From contig CAWCBP010000014.1 in assembly GCA_963793865.1 (NCBI GenBank), positions 96,001 to 160,000 on the forward strand: DNA of 64,000 bases, given 5' to 3'. Source of the DNA: an uncultured delta proteobacterium (GTDB taxonomy: Bacteria; Desulfobacterota; WTBG01). A program made the translations under genes and the position numbers. The notes under the pieces were generated by a model. The model worked only from the letters and a program-made list of their open reading frames with translations, was not told the DNA's origin and did not search any database. Within the stretch, counting starts at the first letter, position 1. The number at the start of each line of letters is the position of its first letter. Below, one piece after another: positions 21,763 through 33,015 of this stretch.

Positions 21763-22131
21763 ATGATCCAGGAACAGACAGTATTAGAAGCGGCTGACAA
21801 TTCCGGTGCCAGAAAGCTCTTCTGCATTAAAGTCTTGGGCGGAACGGGCAGACGGTACGCCACGGTGGGCGACATCATCGTGGTATCCATACGCGAGGCC
21901 CTCCCCAATGCCAAGGTGAAAAAGGGCGAGGTGATGAAGGCGGTGGTGGTGAGGACAACCAAAGAGGTCAGGCGGCCTGACGGAAGCTATATCCGCTTCG
22001 GGAACAACTCAGCGGTCCTGATCAACCCCCAGAATGAACCCATCGGCACGAGGATTTTCGGCCCGGTGGCGCGGGAGCTGCGGGCGAAAAAATTCATGAA
22101 GATCATTTCTCTCGCTCCCGAAGTGCTCTAG
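21763..22131 (+). CDS. rplN: 50S ribosomal protein L14
   Basis: [25 protein letters not shown]. Confidence 0.98.
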   Translation: MIQEQTVLEAADNSGARKLFCIKVLGGTGRRYATVGDIIVVSIREALPNAKVKKGEVMKAVVVRTTKEVRRPDGSYIRFGNNSAVLINPQNEPIGTRIFGPVARELRAKKFMKIISLAPEVL

Positions 22132-22156
22132 CGCTTTTTCCGTAAAGGACTGAAGC

Positions 22157-22483
22157 ATGTCAACGCACACGCGCATCAAAAAAGAAGATCAGGTAAAGGT
22201 TGTTGCCGGCAAGGAGAAGGGCAAGACGGGCAGGGTGCTCAGGGTCATCGCCAAGAAAAACAGCCTGCTGGTTGAAAAGGTAAATCTGGTAAAGCGGCAC
22301 ACCCGCCCGAGCAGCCAGCACCGCCAGGGAGGGATCATCGAGAAGGAGTCCCCCATCCACATTTCAAACGTGATGATCATCTGCACCAAATGCAACACCG
22401 CGGTGAAAGTGGGCAGCAAGACCCTGGAGGACGGGGCGAAGGTCCGCTGCTGCAAAAAGTGCGGAGAGGTCATCGATCTTTAA
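22157..22483 (+). CDS. rplX: 50S ribosomal protein L24
   Basis: KOW GKEKGKTG, GGIIEKESPIHISNV. Confidence 0.97.
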   Translation: MSTHTRIKKEDQVKVVAGKEKGKTGRVLRVIAKKNSLLVEKVNLVKRHTRPSSQHRQGGIIEKESPIHISNVMIICTKCNTAVKVGSKTLEDGAKVRCCKKCGEVIDL

Positions 22484-22507
22484 TCATCGGGAGCGGTTGT
22501 AAGGAAC

Positions 22508-23053
22508 ATGGCTATGTCAAGGCTAAAAGAACGGTACAACAGTGAAATCACGGCCAAACTGATGAAGGAGTTCGGCTACACCAATCCCATGCAGGTTCCA
22601 CGGCTGGAGAAGCTGCTTATTAACATGGGGCTGGGAGAGGCCATTCAGAACATCAAGGTGCTGGACTCGGCCATGGAGGAGATCAAGGCCATTACCGGTC
22701 AGAAACCGGTGGCCACCAAGGCCAGGCGCTCCATCGCCAATTTCAAGCTCCGCAAGGGCATGTCCATCGGCTGCATGGTCACCCTGCGCAAGGAGCGGAT
22801 GTACGAATTTTTTGACCGGCTGGTGAACATCTCCCTTCCCCGGGTGCGGGATTTCAAGGGCGTTTCCGGCAAGTCGTTCGACGGAAGGGGAAACTACTCG
22901 CTGGGCATCAGGGAGCAGATCATCTTTCCTGAAATCGACTATGACAAGATCGACAAGATCAAGGGCCTCAACATAATCATCGTAACCACCGCCAAGACCG
23001 ATGAGGAGGGAAAGGCCCTGCTCAGACTGCTGGGTATGCCTTTCAAGGACTAG
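22508..23053 (+). CDS. rplE: 50S ribosomal protein L5
   Basis: [24 protein letters not shown]. Confidence 0.98.
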   Translation: MAMSRLKERYNSEITAKLMKEFGYTNPMQVPRLEKLLINMGLGEAIQNIKVLDSAMEEIKAITGQKPVATKARRSIANFKLRKGMSIGCMVTLRKERMYEFFDRLVNISLPRVRDFKGVSGKSFDGRGNYSLGIREQIIFPEIDYDKIDKIKGLNIIIVTTAKTDEEGKALLRLLGMPFKD

Positions 23054-23247
23054 CAGGCTGTTGAAAAACACCCATCTGCTGCGTTACGCTCATCCTTGGT
23101 CATTGCCTGGCTGAGCTCCTGGCCGAGCTGGCAGGGCAAGGCGGCCAAGCCGGCGTACCGCAACGTACGTCTCATTCTTCAGGATTTCGCGTGCCGTGCA
23201 TCTGGATGTTTTTGAACAGCCTGGGAAAAACTTTTTTCAACAACCTG
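23054..23247. mobile_element. MITE-like non-autonomous element in the rplE-rpsN spacer
   Basis: Left end CAGGCTGTTGAAAAA (23054-68); inverted right ends TTTTTGAACAGCCTG (to 23223) and TTTTTCAACAACCTG (to 23247); homologous copy at 41681. Confidence 0.7.
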
Positions 23248-23297
23248 ATAAAGAACCTAACAGTGGTGTATAGTGCAATGGAGAGTGAGGTACGCGC

Positions 23298-23483
23298 GTG
23301 GCAAAAAAATCGCTGATCTTGAAAACGAAAGGGCCCAAAAAGTTCGCGGTACGGGACTATAACCGGTGTCCTCTCTGCGGAAGGCCCCGGGCCTACTACC
23401 GCAAATTTGACATGTGCAGAATATGTTTCAGAAAACTCGCCCTGCAGGGTGAGATACCCGGCGTGATTAAATCAAGTTGGTAA
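23298..23483 (+). CDS. rpsN: 30S ribosomal protein S14, type Z (Zn-binding)
   Basis: RCPLCGR...MCRICFR, 61 aa. Confidence 0.97.
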   Translation: MAKKSLILKTKGPKKFAVRDYNRCPLCGRPRAYYRKFDMCRICFRKLALQGEIPGVIKSSW

Positions 23484-23509
23484 AAGAGTACCTGTAAGGA
23501 GTTGGAACT

Positions 23510-23908
23510 ATGCTGACTGATCCCCTGGCGGACATGTTGACGAGAATCAGGAACGCGCACAAGGCCAAATTTGATACGGTTGAGATGCCCACCTCCCGCC
23601 TCAAGGCCAGCGTGGCAAAGCTGCTGAAGCAGGAGGGATATATCAAGGATTTTAAAGTGGTGACCAATGAGGCCAACAGGAAAATCCTGCGGATCTCCCT
23701 TCGCTACGATGAGCGCAGCCGTCCTGTCATCGAAGGCCTCAAAAGAGTGAGCAAGCCCAGCCTCAGGATCTATGCGGGAAAAGAGCGCATTCCTTCCGTG
23801 ATGAGCGGACTGGGGCTGGTGATCCTCTCCACCTCAAAAGGGGTGGTGACCGAGCGGGAAGCCCGGGACCTCAACGTGGGGGGGGAAATTCTTTGTTACG
23901 TCTGGTGA
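23510..23908 (+). CDS. rpsH: 30S ribosomal protein S8
   Basis: DPLADMLTRIRNA, STSKGV. Confidence 0.98.
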   Translation: MLTDPLADMLTRIRNAHKAKFDTVEMPTSRLKASVAKLLKQEGYIKDFKVVTNEANRKILRISLRYDERSRPVIEGLKRVSKPSLRIYAGKERIPSVMSGLGLVILSTSKGVVTEREARDLNVGGEILCYVW

Positions 23909-23954
23909 TCAGCAGGCGGTAAGCAGCTTTGTTCTTTTTTGCAAGGAGAAACGT

Positions 23955-24494
23955 ATGTCCCGGATCGGGCGTCTTCCCGTACCCATACCCAGCGGGGTGA
24001 AAATTGAGATAGCCGGCTCAGCGGTGAAAGTAACCGGCCCCAAAGGCTCCCTTTCCCACACCATCGCCCCGGGAATCGGCGTGTCCGCAACCAAGGATAA
24101 GATCGTTCTGTCCATAGAGACCCAGGGCAGAAACGCCAGCGCGCTGGAGGGGCTGACCAGAAGCCTGATCAACAACATGGTCACCGGCGTGAGCAAGGGG
24201 TTTGAGGTGGCACTGGAGCTGGCGGGAGTCGGATATCGCGCGGAGATGAAGGGCTCCTCGCTGCAGCTCGTCCTGGGATATTCCCACCCGGTGGTCTTTG
24301 AAGTGCCCGCGGGCATCAAGGCAACCGTTGAAAAGCAAACCCGGATCGTGCTGGAAGGGATCGACCGGCAGCTGGTGGGGGAAACCGCGGCAATCATCCG
24401 GAAATTTAAGCCCCCCGACCCGTACAAGGCCAAGGGCATCAAGTATGCCGATGAAGTGATCAAGAAGAAGATAGGCAAGAAGGGAATCAAGTAA
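23955..24494 (+). CDS. rplF: 50S ribosomal protein L6
   Basis: [23 protein letters not shown]. Confidence 0.98.
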   Translation: MSRIGRLPVPIPSGVKIEIAGSAVKVTGPKGSLSHTIAPGIGVSATKDKIVLSIETQGRNASALEGLTRSLINNMVTGVSKGFEVALELAGVGYRAEMKGSSLQLVLGYSHPVVFEVPAGIKATVEKQTRIVLEGIDRQLVGETAAIIRKFKPPDPYKAKGIKYADEVIKKKIGKKGIK

Positions 24495-24523
24495 TTGTAC
24501 AAACTGTTATTGTGGAGAACCCC

Positions 24524-24892
24524 ATGTCGTCCCTGGCGGAAAAAAAGATTGCCTGGCAAAGACGCAAGAACCGTGTCCGGAAAAAAGTGAACGGCAATCC
24601 GGCATGTCCCCGGCTCAATGTTTTTCGAAGCAACAAGCACATGTATGCCCAGATCATAGATGACGTGTCCGGCCGGACGCGGGTGGCCGCATCCACCCGG
24701 AGCCCCGAGCTGAAGGGAAAGCTCAAGGGTACCGGCAACCGGGAAGCGGCAAAGCAGGTGGGGCTGCTGGTGGCCCGGCAATGCCTGGCGCAGCAGATCA
24801 CCAGGGTGGTCTTTGACCGCAACGGATTTTTATATCACGGCAGGGTTAAGGCCCTGGCGGATTCGGCGCGCGAGGGAGGACTCAAGTTCTGA
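24524..24892 (+). CDS. rplR: 50S ribosomal protein L18
   Basis: [25 protein letters not shown]. Confidence 0.98.
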   Translation: MSSLAEKKIAWQRRKNRVRKKVNGNPACPRLNVFRSNKHMYAQIIDDVSGRTRVAASTRSPELKGKLKGTGNREAAKQVGLLVARQCLAQQITRVVFDRNGFLYHGRVKALADSAREGGLKF

Positions 24893-25070
24893 GAAATATG
24901 AGATGTGGGATGGGATCTGCGATGTGGAATAAATTCAGAATTCAGGAGCCAGAAGTCAGAATCAAACCGGTAGGAGCGGCTTTAGCCGCGAATGTTGCGA
25001 TGTGTGATGTGGGATATGCGATTTGAGAAGTTTTTTATCGCACATCACAGATCTCAGATCACACATCCAG
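24893..25070. repeat. Composite repeat spacer: heptamer-like repeats and a GTAG-type REP palindrome
   Basis: GATGTG(G/T)GAT repeats with inverted ATC(A/G)CACATC copies, CAGAATT/CAGGAGC/CAGAAGT/CAGAAT heptamers, GTAGGAGCGGCTTTAGCCGCGA at 24970-24991. Confidence 0.65.
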
Positions 25071-25111
25071 AGGGTAACCTATAAACAGCTTCAAAAACCG
25101 GAGGTGAGTGC

Positions 25112-25603
25112 TTGGCAGAGGTAAATGTGAATGAACTGAATTTAGAGGATCGGGTGGTCAATATCAACCGGGTGGCGAAGGTGGTCAAGGGCGGCCGGCG
25201 GTTCAGCTTCAGCGCCGTGGTGGTGGCGGGAGACCGCAACGGCTGGGTGGGCTATGGCCTGGGAAAGGCCAACGAGGTCCCTGAAGCCATACGCAAGGGC
25301 GTGGAGCAGGCCAAGAAAAACCTCATTCACGTGTCCGTGGTCAACGGAACCATTCCCCACGAGATCACCGGCCGCTATGGCGCCAGCACCATATTTTTAA
25401 AGCCTGCCGCTGAAGGAACCGGTGTTATCGCCGGCGGAGCCATCAAGATAGTGATCGAATCGGCGGGGATTAAAAACATCCTGACCAAGTGTCTGGGATC
25501 ACACAACCCGCATAATGCCGTCAAGGCAGCCTTCGATGCCTTGCAGCAGCTTAAGAACCCTGACGAATTCAGGAAGAAACACCCCACCGCCAACGAGCAG
25601 TGA
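25112..25603 (+). CDS. rpsE: 30S ribosomal protein S5 (TTG start)
   Basis: [22 protein letters not shown]. Confidence 0.98.
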   Translation: MAEVNVNELNLEDRVVNINRVAKVVKGGRRFSFSAVVVAGDRNGWVGYGLGKANEVPEAIRKGVEQAKKNLIHVSVVNGTIPHEITGRYGASTIFLKPAAEGTGVIAGGAIKIVIESAGIKNILTKCLGSHNPHNAVKAAFDALQQLKNPDEFRKKHPTANEQ

Positions 25604-25632
25604 GCAGGGCGCTATTTACAGGGAAACGACAG

Positions 25633-25827
25633 ATGAATGATGCGATCAAAACAGTGGCAATAACCCTGATCAAAAGCGGCATCGGGCGACCCCCGAATCA
25701 TCGGGAAACCCTGAAGCGCCTGGGCCTGACCAGGCTTCATAAGACGGTTCTGCTGAAGGGGACGCCCCAGGTGAGGGGGATGGTCAATCAGGTGTCCCAC
25801 CTGGTGAGCGTGGTTGAGCAGGATTGA
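25633..25827 (+). CDS. rpmD: 50S ribosomal protein L30
   Basis: ITLIKSGIG, LGL, RGMV. Confidence 0.95.
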   Translation: MNDAIKTVAITLIKSGIGRPPNHRETLKRLGLTRLHKTVLLKGTPQVRGMVNQVSHLVSVVEQD

Positions 25828-25874
25828 TCTGACACCATAACGACGGAACTCCATAAGGATCTGCAGCTACGGCC

Positions 25875-26324
25875 ATGAAGATTAATGAATTAAGGCCTCC
25901 CAAGGGGGCTACCAAAAACAGGAAGCGCGTGGGAAGGGGCTCGGGCTCGGGGCACGGCAAGACATCATGCCGGGGCAGCAAGGGGGCCAACGCCAGGGCC
26001 GGCGGAAGCGGGTTGCCGCCCGGCTTTGAGGGCGGCCAGATGCCCCTGGCGCGGAGGCTGCCCAAGCGGGGCTTCACCAACATCTTCAAGCAGCGCTACG
26101 CGGTTGTGAACATACGTGACCTGCAGCGCTTTGAAAAGGGCAGCGTGGTGGACATCAAGGCCCTTCTGGAATCGGGCCTGGTGAAGCAGCTTCAGGCAGG
26201 CGTCAAGCTGCTGGGAGAAGGCGAAATACAGCACCCCCTTACCGTTCAGGTGCACGCGTGCAGCAAAAGCGCGCAGCAGAAGATTGAGGCGGCCGGGGGG
26301 AAAGTGGAGACGGTGCGCATATGA
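25875..26324 (+). CDS. rplO: 50S ribosomal protein L15
   Basis: RVGRGSGSGHGKT, FEGGQMPL. Confidence 0.98.
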   Translation: MKINELRPPKGATKNRKRVGRGSGSGHGKTSCRGSKGANARAGGSGLPPGFEGGQMPLARRLPKRGFTNIFKQRYAVVNIRDLQRFEKGSVVDIKALLESGLVKQLQAGVKLLGEGEIQHPLTVQVHACSKSAQQKIEAAGGKVETVRI

Positions 26325-27646
26325 TCGGCGGCTTCCAGAGCATTCCTAAAATTCCCGAGTTGAGAAAGCGGGTCATTGTCTCCTTCCTGTTGCTGGCGGT
26401 GTACCGCATCGGCGTTCACGTGCCCACCCCGGGCATTGACACCCAGGCGCTGGCCGCTTTTTTTGAGCAGCAGAAAGGGACGCTCTTCGGCCTGGTGGAT
26501 CTGTTTTCGGGAGGCGCCCTCGGGCAAATGTCGGTCTTTTCCCTGGGCATCATGCCCTACATCAGCGCCTCGATTATTTTTCAGCTGCTGACGGTGGTCA
26601 TTCCCTACCTGGAAAAGCTGTCCAAGGAGGGCGAGGCGGGCAGGAAAAAAATCACCCAGTACACCCGCTACGGCACGGTTATCCTGAGCATCATCCAGGG
26701 GTTCGGCATAGCCATATCGCTGGAGCGGATGACCGGCCCGGGCGGAGAAGGGATGGTGCTCAACCCCGGTTTTTCCTTCAGGTTCATGACCATTCTGACG
26801 CTCACCGCGGGGACCGCATTCATCATGTGGCTCGGCGAGCAGATCACCGAGCGCGGACTGGGCAACGGAATTTCGCTGATCATTTTTGCCGGCATTGTGG
26901 CGGGAATCCCCAAGGCCTTCGGCAACACCCTGCGTCTCTATAGCACCGGTGAAATGAGCCCGCTGTTCATTATCTTTGTCTTTGTCATGATGATCGTGGT
27001 GGTGGCGGTGATCGTTTTCACCGAGCAGGGACAGCGGCGCATTCCGGTGCAGTATGCCAAGCGGGTGGTGGGCCGGAAAATGTACGGGGGGCAGAGCACG
27101 CACCTCCCGCTCAAGATCAACATGTCCGGGGTCATACCCCCCATTTTCGCCTCATCAATCCTGATGTTTCCGCTGACCATCGCCCAGTTCCTGCCGCCGC
27201 AGATGCTGGAATCAAACGCCTGGCTGAGGTCCATCCTGAACAGCATGGGTCCGGCAACGATTCTGTACAACCTACTTTACACCGTCTTTATCATCTTTTT
27301 CTGCTATTTTTACACCGCGGTCATCTTCAACCCGGTTGACGTTGCGGACAACATGAAGAAGTACGGCGGCTACATCCCCGGGATCAGGCCGGGCAAGAAA
27401 ACCTCCGATTACATTGACCGGGTGCTGACCAGGATTACCCTGGGGGGCGCCATCTACATAGCCGCGGTGTGCGTGTTGCCTTCACTCCTTATATACAAGT
27501 TCAACATACCCTTTTACTTCGGGGGCACGGCCCTGCTCATCGTGGTGGGCGTGGCCATGGACACCATATCCCAGATGGAATCGCACATGCTGTCCCGCCA
27601 CTATGAAGGGTTTATGAAAAAAGGGCAGCTCAAGGGACGCCGGTAA
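26321..27646 (+). CDS. secY: Preprotein translocase subunit SecY
   Basis: [33 protein letters not shown]. Confidence 0.99.
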   Translation: MIGGFQSIPKIPELRKRVIVSFLLLAVYRIGVHVPTPGIDTQALAAFFEQQKGTLFGLVDLFSGGALGQMSVFSLGIMPYISASIIFQLLTVVIPYLEKLSKEGEAGRKKITQYTRYGTVILSIIQGFGIAISLERMTGPGGEGMVLNPGFSFRFMTILTLTAGTAFIMWLGEQITERGLGNGISLIIFAGIVAGIPKAFGNTLRLYSTGEMSPLFIIFVFVMMIVVVAVIVFTEQGQRRIPVQYAKRVVGRKMYGGQSTHLPLKINMSGVIPPIFASSILMFPLTIAQFLPPQMLESNAWLRSILNSMGPATILYNLLYTVFIIFFCYFYTAVIFNPVDVADNMKKYGGYIPGIRPGKKTSDYIDRVLTRITLGGAIYIAAVCVLPSLLIYKFNIPFYFGGTALLIVVGVAMDTISQMESHMLSRHYEGFMKKGQLKGRR

Positions 27647-27695
27647 AAGCGCGCCGGACCGCGGAGGAAAGGCGCTCAGGAACAAGGAGATTGAC

Positions 27696-28340
27696 ATGAG
27701 AATGATTCTGCTGGGCCCGCCCGGGTGCGGTAAGGGAACCCAGGCCAAGATGCTTATTGAAACCTACGGCATTCCCCAGGTATCCACCGGCGATATTTTG
27801 CGGGAGGAGCTCTCCCAGAAAACGCCTCTGGGCCTGGAGGCCAAGACTTACATGGACAAGGGGGCGCTGGTTCCCGACGGGCTGGTGATCAGGATCATCG
27901 AGGGACGTCTTAAAAAGGCGGACTGCAAGGGCGGCTTCATCCTGGACGGATTTCCCCGGACGCTCGCCCAGGCGGAGGCGCTGGAAAAAACCCTGGCGGG
28001 AATGAATCTGCAGATCGAGCACGTGCTCTCCATTGAGGTCGACGACGCGGAGCTTATCCGCCGACTTACCGGCCGGAGGATCTGCCGGCAGTGCGGCGGG
28101 AGCTATCACCTGATGTTTAATCCGCCGCGCCAAGACGGGCGTTGTGACTCATGCGGCGGCGAGCTCTATCAGCGGGATGATGACAAGGAAGAGACCATCA
28201 GGAAGCGGCTCATCGTGTACGGGTCGCAAACCGAGCCCCTGATCAGCTTTTATCAGAAAAAGGGGATTCTGCATGCCATCCCCGGCGTGGGAAGCATTGA
28301 CGACATTAAGGGAAAGATCCTGCGCGCGCTGAGCTCCTAG
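27696..28340 (+). CDS. adk: Adenylate kinase (Zn-lid type)
   Basis: GPPGCGKGT, LDGFPRT, CxxC...CxxC lid. Confidence 0.98.
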   Translation: MRMILLGPPGCGKGTQAKMLIETYGIPQVSTGDILREELSQKTPLGLEAKTYMDKGALVPDGLVIRIIEGRLKKADCKGGFILDGFPRTLAQAEALEKTLAGMNLQIEHVLSIEVDDAELIRRLTGRRICRQCGGSYHLMFNPPRQDGRCDSCGGELYQRDDDKEETIRKRLIVYGSQTEPLISFYQKKGILHAIPGVGSIDDIKGKILRALSS

Positions 28341-28384
28341 ACGGCGGGCGTCCTCCGTTCACGGCATGCGTGCCGCGGTAAGCC

Positions 28385-28609
28385 ATGGCTAAAGAAGATC
28401 CGATTGAAGTTGAAGGCACCATTTTAGAGGCCCTGCCCAACGCCATGTTCAGGGTGGAGCTGGACAACGGGCACAAGGTGCTTGCCCACATATCGGGCAA
28501 GATGCGGATGCACTTCATCAAAATTCTCCCCGGTGACAGGGTGACGCTTCAGTTTTCGCCCTATGACCTCAACCGGGGACGGATCATACACCGCAAAAAG
28601 CAGTTCTAA
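28385..28609 (+). CDS. infA: Translation initiation factor IF-1
   Basis: [20 protein letters not shown]. Confidence 0.98.
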   Translation: MAKEDPIEVEGTILEALPNAMFRVELDNGHKVLAHISGKMRMHFIKILPGDRVTLQFSPYDLNRGRIIHRKKQF

Positions 28610-28648
28610 CCAGCGCGGACGCGCCATTCTTTTCGACAGGGTGAAACA

Positions 28649-28834
28649 GTGAAGGTACGATCGTCAGTAAAAAAAATATGCAGCAAATGCAAGATTATCA
28701 AACGCCGGGGGGTGGTCAGGGTTATCTGCGAGCGGGCCAAGCACAAGCAGAAACAGGGATGGAGGGCTCAGGAAGTGAAATGTGCGCACATAATAAATTC
28801 GAAGCATGAAATACCAGGGATGTGGACAGGGTGA
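28649..28834 (+). CDS. rpmJ: 50S ribosomal protein L36 with a 24-aa extension beyond the usual end
   Basis: [34 protein letters not shown], followed by TGG where a stop is expected. Confidence 0.92.
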   Translation: MKVRSSVKKICSKCKIIKRRGVVRVICERAKHKQKQGWRAQEVKCAHIINSKHEIPGMWTG

Positions 28835-28945
28835 ATAATTTCAACGCACATCGCAGATTCACACATTGCATATCATTTGTGTATATTCTGACAAACGTAT
28901 TGTCACAAAAGACAGTGTAAGAATCCGAAAAGAGGAGTTAACCAG

Positions 28946-29329
28946 GTGGCACGCATTGCAGGAGTTGATCTTCCTAAAAACAAGAACATTGAAATCGCGC
29001 TGACCTATATCCACGGCATCGGGCGCTCGAGCTCGCGGAAGATTCTGCGGCAGCTGGAGATTGATCCCCAGCGTATCTCGGACAAGCTCGATGACCAGGA
29101 GGTGGCGCGTATCCGCGAGGTGATCGATAACAGCTACAAGGTTGAGGGCGACCTGAGGCGGGACGTTTCCATCAACATCAAGCGGCTGATCGATCTCGGC
29201 ACCTACCGGGGGCTCCGCCACCGGAAGGCCCTGCCGGTCCGGGGGCAGCGGTCGCACACCAATGCCCGGACGAGAAAGGGGCCCCGGCGCAAGCTGGTCG
29301 GAAAAAAGAGCGCCAAGGCAACAACCTGA
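28946..29329 (+). CDS. rpsM: 30S ribosomal protein S13
   Basis: [25 protein letters not shown]. Confidence 0.98.
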   Translation: MARIAGVDLPKNKNIEIALTYIHGIGRSSSRKILRQLEIDPQRISDKLDDQEVARIREVIDNSYKVEGDLRRDVSINIKRLIDLGTYRGLRHRKALPVRGQRSHTNARTRKGPRRKLVGKKSAKATT

Positions 29330-29347
29330 CAGTAACCACGGGAGCGC

Positions 29348-29746
29348 ATGATGGCAGAGGGCAAGAAAAAGGTTTTCAAAAAGAAACGCGAGAAAAAGAA
29401 CATCCAGGACGGCATCGCCCACATCCAGTCCACGTTTAACAACACCATCATCACCATAACCGACGTGAACGGCAATGTCATATCCTGGTCGAGCGCCGGC
29501 ATCAAGGGATTCAAGGGATCCCGGAAGAGCACCCCCTACGCGGCGCAGCAGTCGGCCGAGGACGCGGCCCGCAAGGCCATGGTGCACGGCCTCAAGAATA
29601 TCGATGTCTATGTCAAGGGGCCGGGGGCGGGGCGCGAGGCGGCTCTGCGGTCGCTCCAGGCGGTGGGACTCAACATACGAACGATACGTGACGTTACACC
29701 CATTCCCCACAACGGGTGCAGGCAGCCCAAGCGGAGAAGGGTCTAG
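29348..29746 (+). CDS. rpsK: 30S ribosomal protein S11
   Basis: [28 protein letters not shown]. Confidence 0.98.
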   Translation: MMAEGKKKVFKKKREKKNIQDGIAHIQSTFNNTIITITDVNGNVISWSSAGIKGFKGSRKSTPYAAQQSAEDAARKAMVHGLKNIDVYVKGPGAGREAALRSLQAVGLNIRTIRDVTPIPHNGCRQPKRRRV

Positions 29747-29759
29747 CGGGGAGGAAGCA

Positions 29760-30392
29760 GTGGCAAGGTACCGAGGTGCAGTGTGCAGATTATGTCGCAG
29801 AGAGGGCATGAAGCTCTTTCTCAAGGGAGACCGGTGCTACACAGACAGGTGTGCCATCGACCGGAGGAATTACGCCCCCGGTCAGCACGGCCGCGCGCGC
29901 AGCAAATTTTCCGACTACGGCAACCAGCTGCGCGAAAAGCAGCGGGTCAAGCGCATCTACGGGGTTCTGGAAAAGCAGTGCCGGCGCTATTTTGAAAAGG
30001 CGTCGCGGCAGCGCGGAGCTACCGGGGAGAACTTTCTCATGCTGCTGGAGCGAAGGCTGGATAACGTGGTCTACCGGCTGGGCTTTGTCACCTCGCGCAA
30101 CGAGGCGAGGCAGCTCATACGCCACCGGCATTTCCGGGTGAACGGCAAAGTGGTGGACATCCCCTCCTACATCCTCAATCCTTCCGATACCATTGAGCCG
30201 AAGGACAAGAGCAAAAGCATGGCCCGCATTGTGGAGTCGCTCGAGGCCGTTGAGCGGCGCGGCGTACCGCGCTGGCTTGAGCTGGACAAGCAGCAGCTTA
30301 AGGGCAGGCTCTCGGAACTTCCCGCCAGAGAAGAGATTACCATCCCCATTCAAGAGCAGCTGATTGTTGAGCTCTTAAGCAGACAGCTGTAA
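29760..30392 (+). CDS. rpsD: 30S ribosomal protein S4 (GTG start)
   Basis: [28 protein letters not shown]. Confidence 0.97.
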   Translation: MARYRGAVCRLCRREGMKLFLKGDRCYTDRCAIDRRNYAPGQHGRARSKFSDYGNQLREKQRVKRIYGVLEKQCRRYFEKASRQRGATGENFLMLLERRLDNVVYRLGFVTSRNEARQLIRHRHFRVNGKVVDIPSYILNPSDTIEPKDKSKSMARIVESLEAVERRGVPRWLELDKQQLKGRLSELPAREEITIPIQEQLIVELLSRQL

Positions 30393-30424
30393 CGAATATA
30401 ACCTGATAGCAAGAGGCTTGCAAA

Positions 30425-31447
30425 ATGCATAGGAATTGGCAGAGCTTAATAAAGCCCAAACGGCTGGTATCGCAGGAAGAAACGCTGAACGAATTCTACG
30501 GCAAGTTTGTCGCGGAACCGCTCGAGCGCGGGTTCGGGGCCACCATCGGCAACACCCTGCGCAGGATTCTGCTTTCTTCCATCCAGGGGGCTGCCATTAC
30601 CTCGGTGCGCATCAAGGGGGTCTTGCATGAGTTTTCCACCGTCCCCGGCGTCAGGGAGGATGTCACGGACATCATTCTGAATTTGAAAGAGGTGCGGCTC
30701 AAGCTCTTTTCCGAGGCCTCCGAGACCATCAGGATAAAGTCCAGGGAAAGCGGGCCCCTGAAGGCGGGCGATATCATCGCCAGCAACAACGTGGCCATTT
30801 TAAATCCGGATCATCACATTGCCACCCTGACCAAGGACTCCGAGCTGGACATGGAAATGGTGGTCAGGCACGGCAAGGGATACATACCCGCGGAGAGAAA
30901 CAAGGATGATCTGCAGCCGGTGGGTACCATTCCCATTGATGCAATTTTTTCTCCCATCAGGAGGGTAAATTACACGGTGACCCACGCCCGCGTCGGCCAG
31001 GTGACCGATTATGACAGCCTTACCATGGAAGTGTGGACGGACGGGAGCGTCAGGCCGGATGATGCCGTCGCTTACGCGGCGCGCATACTCCAGGACCAGC
31101 TCACCATATTCATCAATTTTGAAGAAGAGCCCATCGTCATGGGGCCGGAGCAGGTTGAGGAGAAGCCCCGCTTTAACGAAAACCTTTACCGGAGCATTGA
31201 GGAGCTGGAGCTTTCGGTGCGCTCCTCCAACTGCCTGAAGAACGCCAGCATCAAGTATATCTGGGAGCTGGTGCAGAAGACGGAAGCGGAAATGCTCAAG
31301 ACCAAGAACTTCGGCAGGAAGTCGCTCAATGAAATAAAGGAAATCCTGACTGATATGGGTCTCTCCCTCGGAATGAAGCTGGAGCAGTTTCCTCCGCTTC
31401 AGGACAAGGAGCGCGAGGAAGAGAAAAAGAAGACCAAAAAGAAATAG
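30425..31447 (+). CDS. rpoA: RNA polymerase alpha subunit
   Basis: [36 protein letters not shown]. Confidence 0.99.
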   Translation: MHRNWQSLIKPKRLVSQEETLNEFYGKFVAEPLERGFGATIGNTLRRILLSSIQGAAITSVRIKGVLHEFSTVPGVREDVTDIILNLKEVRLKLFSEASETIRIKSRESGPLKAGDIIASNNVAILNPDHHIATLTKDSELDMEMVVRHGKGYIPAERNKDDLQPVGTIPIDAIFSPIRRVNYTVTHARVGQVTDYDSLTMEVWTDGSVRPDDAVAYAARILQDQLTIFINFEEEPIVMGPEQVEEKPRFNENLYRSIEELELSVRSSNCLKNASIKYIWELVQKTEAEMLKTKNFGRKSLNEIKEILTDMGLSLGMKLEQFPPLQDKEREEEKKKTKKK

Positions 31448-31471
31448 CCATCAGAAAGAGGTCCAACCGCA

Positions 31472-31915
31472 ATGATGCACGCAAAGGCAGGAAGGAAGCT
31501 CAAAAGAACCGAAAGTCACCGCAAGGCACTTTTGAGGAACATGGTCACTTCCCTCCTGGAACATGAAAAAATTGAGACCACTGACGCCAAGGCAAAGGAG
31601 CTGCGCAAGGTTGCCGACCGGATGATCACCTGGGGCAAGCGCGGCGACCTCCACGCGCGGCGCCTGTCACGCAGGGTCATCATGACCGACAAGGTTGTCC
31701 ATAAATTATTTTCTGATCTGGCCCCCCGGTTCAAGGACAGGCAGGGCGGCTATACCAGAATTATAAAGGTAGGGAGAAGAAAGGGGGATAACGCCCCGGT
31801 GTCGATTATTGAGCTTACCGCGGAACGCGAAGTGAAGGCAGCGGTTAAGGGTAAAAAAGCGGCGAAGAAAAAGGGGGCACAGACAAAGCCTCCTGAAAAG
31901 AGCGAAAAGAAATAG
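31472..31915 (+). CDS. rplQ: 50S ribosomal protein L17
   Basis: [23 protein letters not shown]. Confidence 0.98.
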   Translation: MMHAKAGRKLKRTESHRKALLRNMVTSLLEHEKIETTDAKAKELRKVADRMITWGKRGDLHARRLSRRVIMTDKVVHKLFSDLAPRFKDRQGGYTRIIKVGRRKGDNAPVSIIELTAEREVKAAVKGKKAAKKKGAQTKPPEKSEKK

Positions 31916-31980
31916 ACAGGGCCCTCCCGGCTCGTTTGGGGGCGGGTACCGTTCTTTGTTACCTGTTCGTTTTTCCATGG

Positions 31981-32015
31981 GCAGCGGCGATGCGATACGC
32001 CGCTGCTTTTCTTTT
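31981..32015 (+). terminator. Intrinsic terminator of the alpha operon
   Basis: GCAGCGGCG-ATGCGATA-CGCCGCTGC followed by TTTTCTTTT. Confidence 0.8.
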
Positions 32016-32018
32016 CGG

Positions 32019-32047
32019 TTGACACCACATCCTGCGCATTGTAGTCT
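32019..32047 (+). promoter_or_regulatory. Putative sigma70 promoter for the KH-domain gene
   Basis: TTGACA, 17 bp, TAGTCT. Confidence 0.55.
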
Positions 32048-32166
32048 AAATCTGCCGGGGTCGAGACGTAAGCCACCGTTCCTATGGCTGTGGCACAAAA
32101 AGCCCCTTGCCGCGCAAGGAAACTAATCACTATAATTATTCAGGGGTCCTGAGGGGGAGGTGCGCG

Positions 32167-32412
32167 ATGAAAGAGCTGGTTAAATATCTCGCCAGGGCAC
32201 TTGTCGACAGGCCGGATGAGGTAGAGGTAACGGAGGTGGAAGGCGATAGAACCTCCATCATCAAGCTCCGCGTCGCCAAAGAGGATTTCGGCTTAATTAT
32301 CGGGAAGCACGGGAGGAATGCCGAGGCCATCAGAACCATCCTCAGGGCATCAGCGGCAAAGCTGGGGAAAAAGCCCACCCTGGAGATTGTTGAAGAAGAT
32401 AAACAGTCCTAA
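32167..32412 (+). CDS. khpA: KH-domain RNA-binding protein (KhpA family)
   Basis: [31 protein letters not shown] (GxxG loop). Confidence 0.88.
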   Translation: MKELVKYLARALVDRPDEVEVTEVEGDRTSIIKLRVAKEDFGLIIGKHGRNAEAIRTILRASAAKLGKKPTLEIVEEDKQS

Positions 32413-32449
32413 CCCCTTTTGAATGCCTCTCCTGATTGCGCGGTGAAGA

Positions 32450-32854
32450 TTACTTCTGCTGACCGCGGGAATAGTCCTGCAGCATCTTCTGAACCGTTAT
32501 CCTGGTGTAGTTATCCCGTGCCTTCTGCAATTCCTTCTCCGCCTCTGCTAATTCTTTTTGGGTCGTTTCCAGCAGGGCGTCAATACGGGCATAGTCTTCG
32601 TCCTTAAACCATTCCCTCTTTTCCTTGGCTATCTTCAAAAGCTCCGATTTTCCCTGCAGATTTGAATAACTGGCGGCCATTCCGTACAGTTCCGCTCCCA
32701 GCTGCTCGTAGCTGTCATCCGGCTTGGAGGCAGGCTCGGACGGCACGGCTTCCCCGGTCTTCTCGGCGGGCATGAAAAACTCTTTTATGGTTTTACTGTA
32801 TGAGGCTGCGAATACAATGGCAGCGATGACGATCCAGATGTATAGTCTTTGCAT
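32450..32854 (-). CDS. Hypothetical protein with N-terminal signal/anchor and helical C-terminus
   Basis: 134-aa ORF, hydrophobic N-terminus, AAGGAG SD upstream. Confidence 0.65.
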   Translation of the reverse strand: MQRLYIWIVIAAIVFAASYSKTIKEFFMPAEKTGEAVPSEPASKPDDSYEQLGAELYGMAASYSNLQGKSELLKIAKEKREWFKDEDYARIDALLETTQKELAEAEKELQKARDNYTRITVQKMLQDYSRGQQK

Positions 32855-33015
32855 AGGTCTCCTTGCGTAATGGTATCAGAATTTTTCGTAGCCTAGCATG
32901 AAAAGGCTTTTTTTAACAGTAAAAAGTGCGGACCCGGTGAATAAAAGCACGGTTCTTGCATTTACACTGCGTGAGGCACCCGTTGTGTCCATTAAATGTA
33001 CAGGGAGGAGGGTTC

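Noticed and set aside
28340..28385. Absence of map between adk and infA
   Set aside because: A common gene-order variation.
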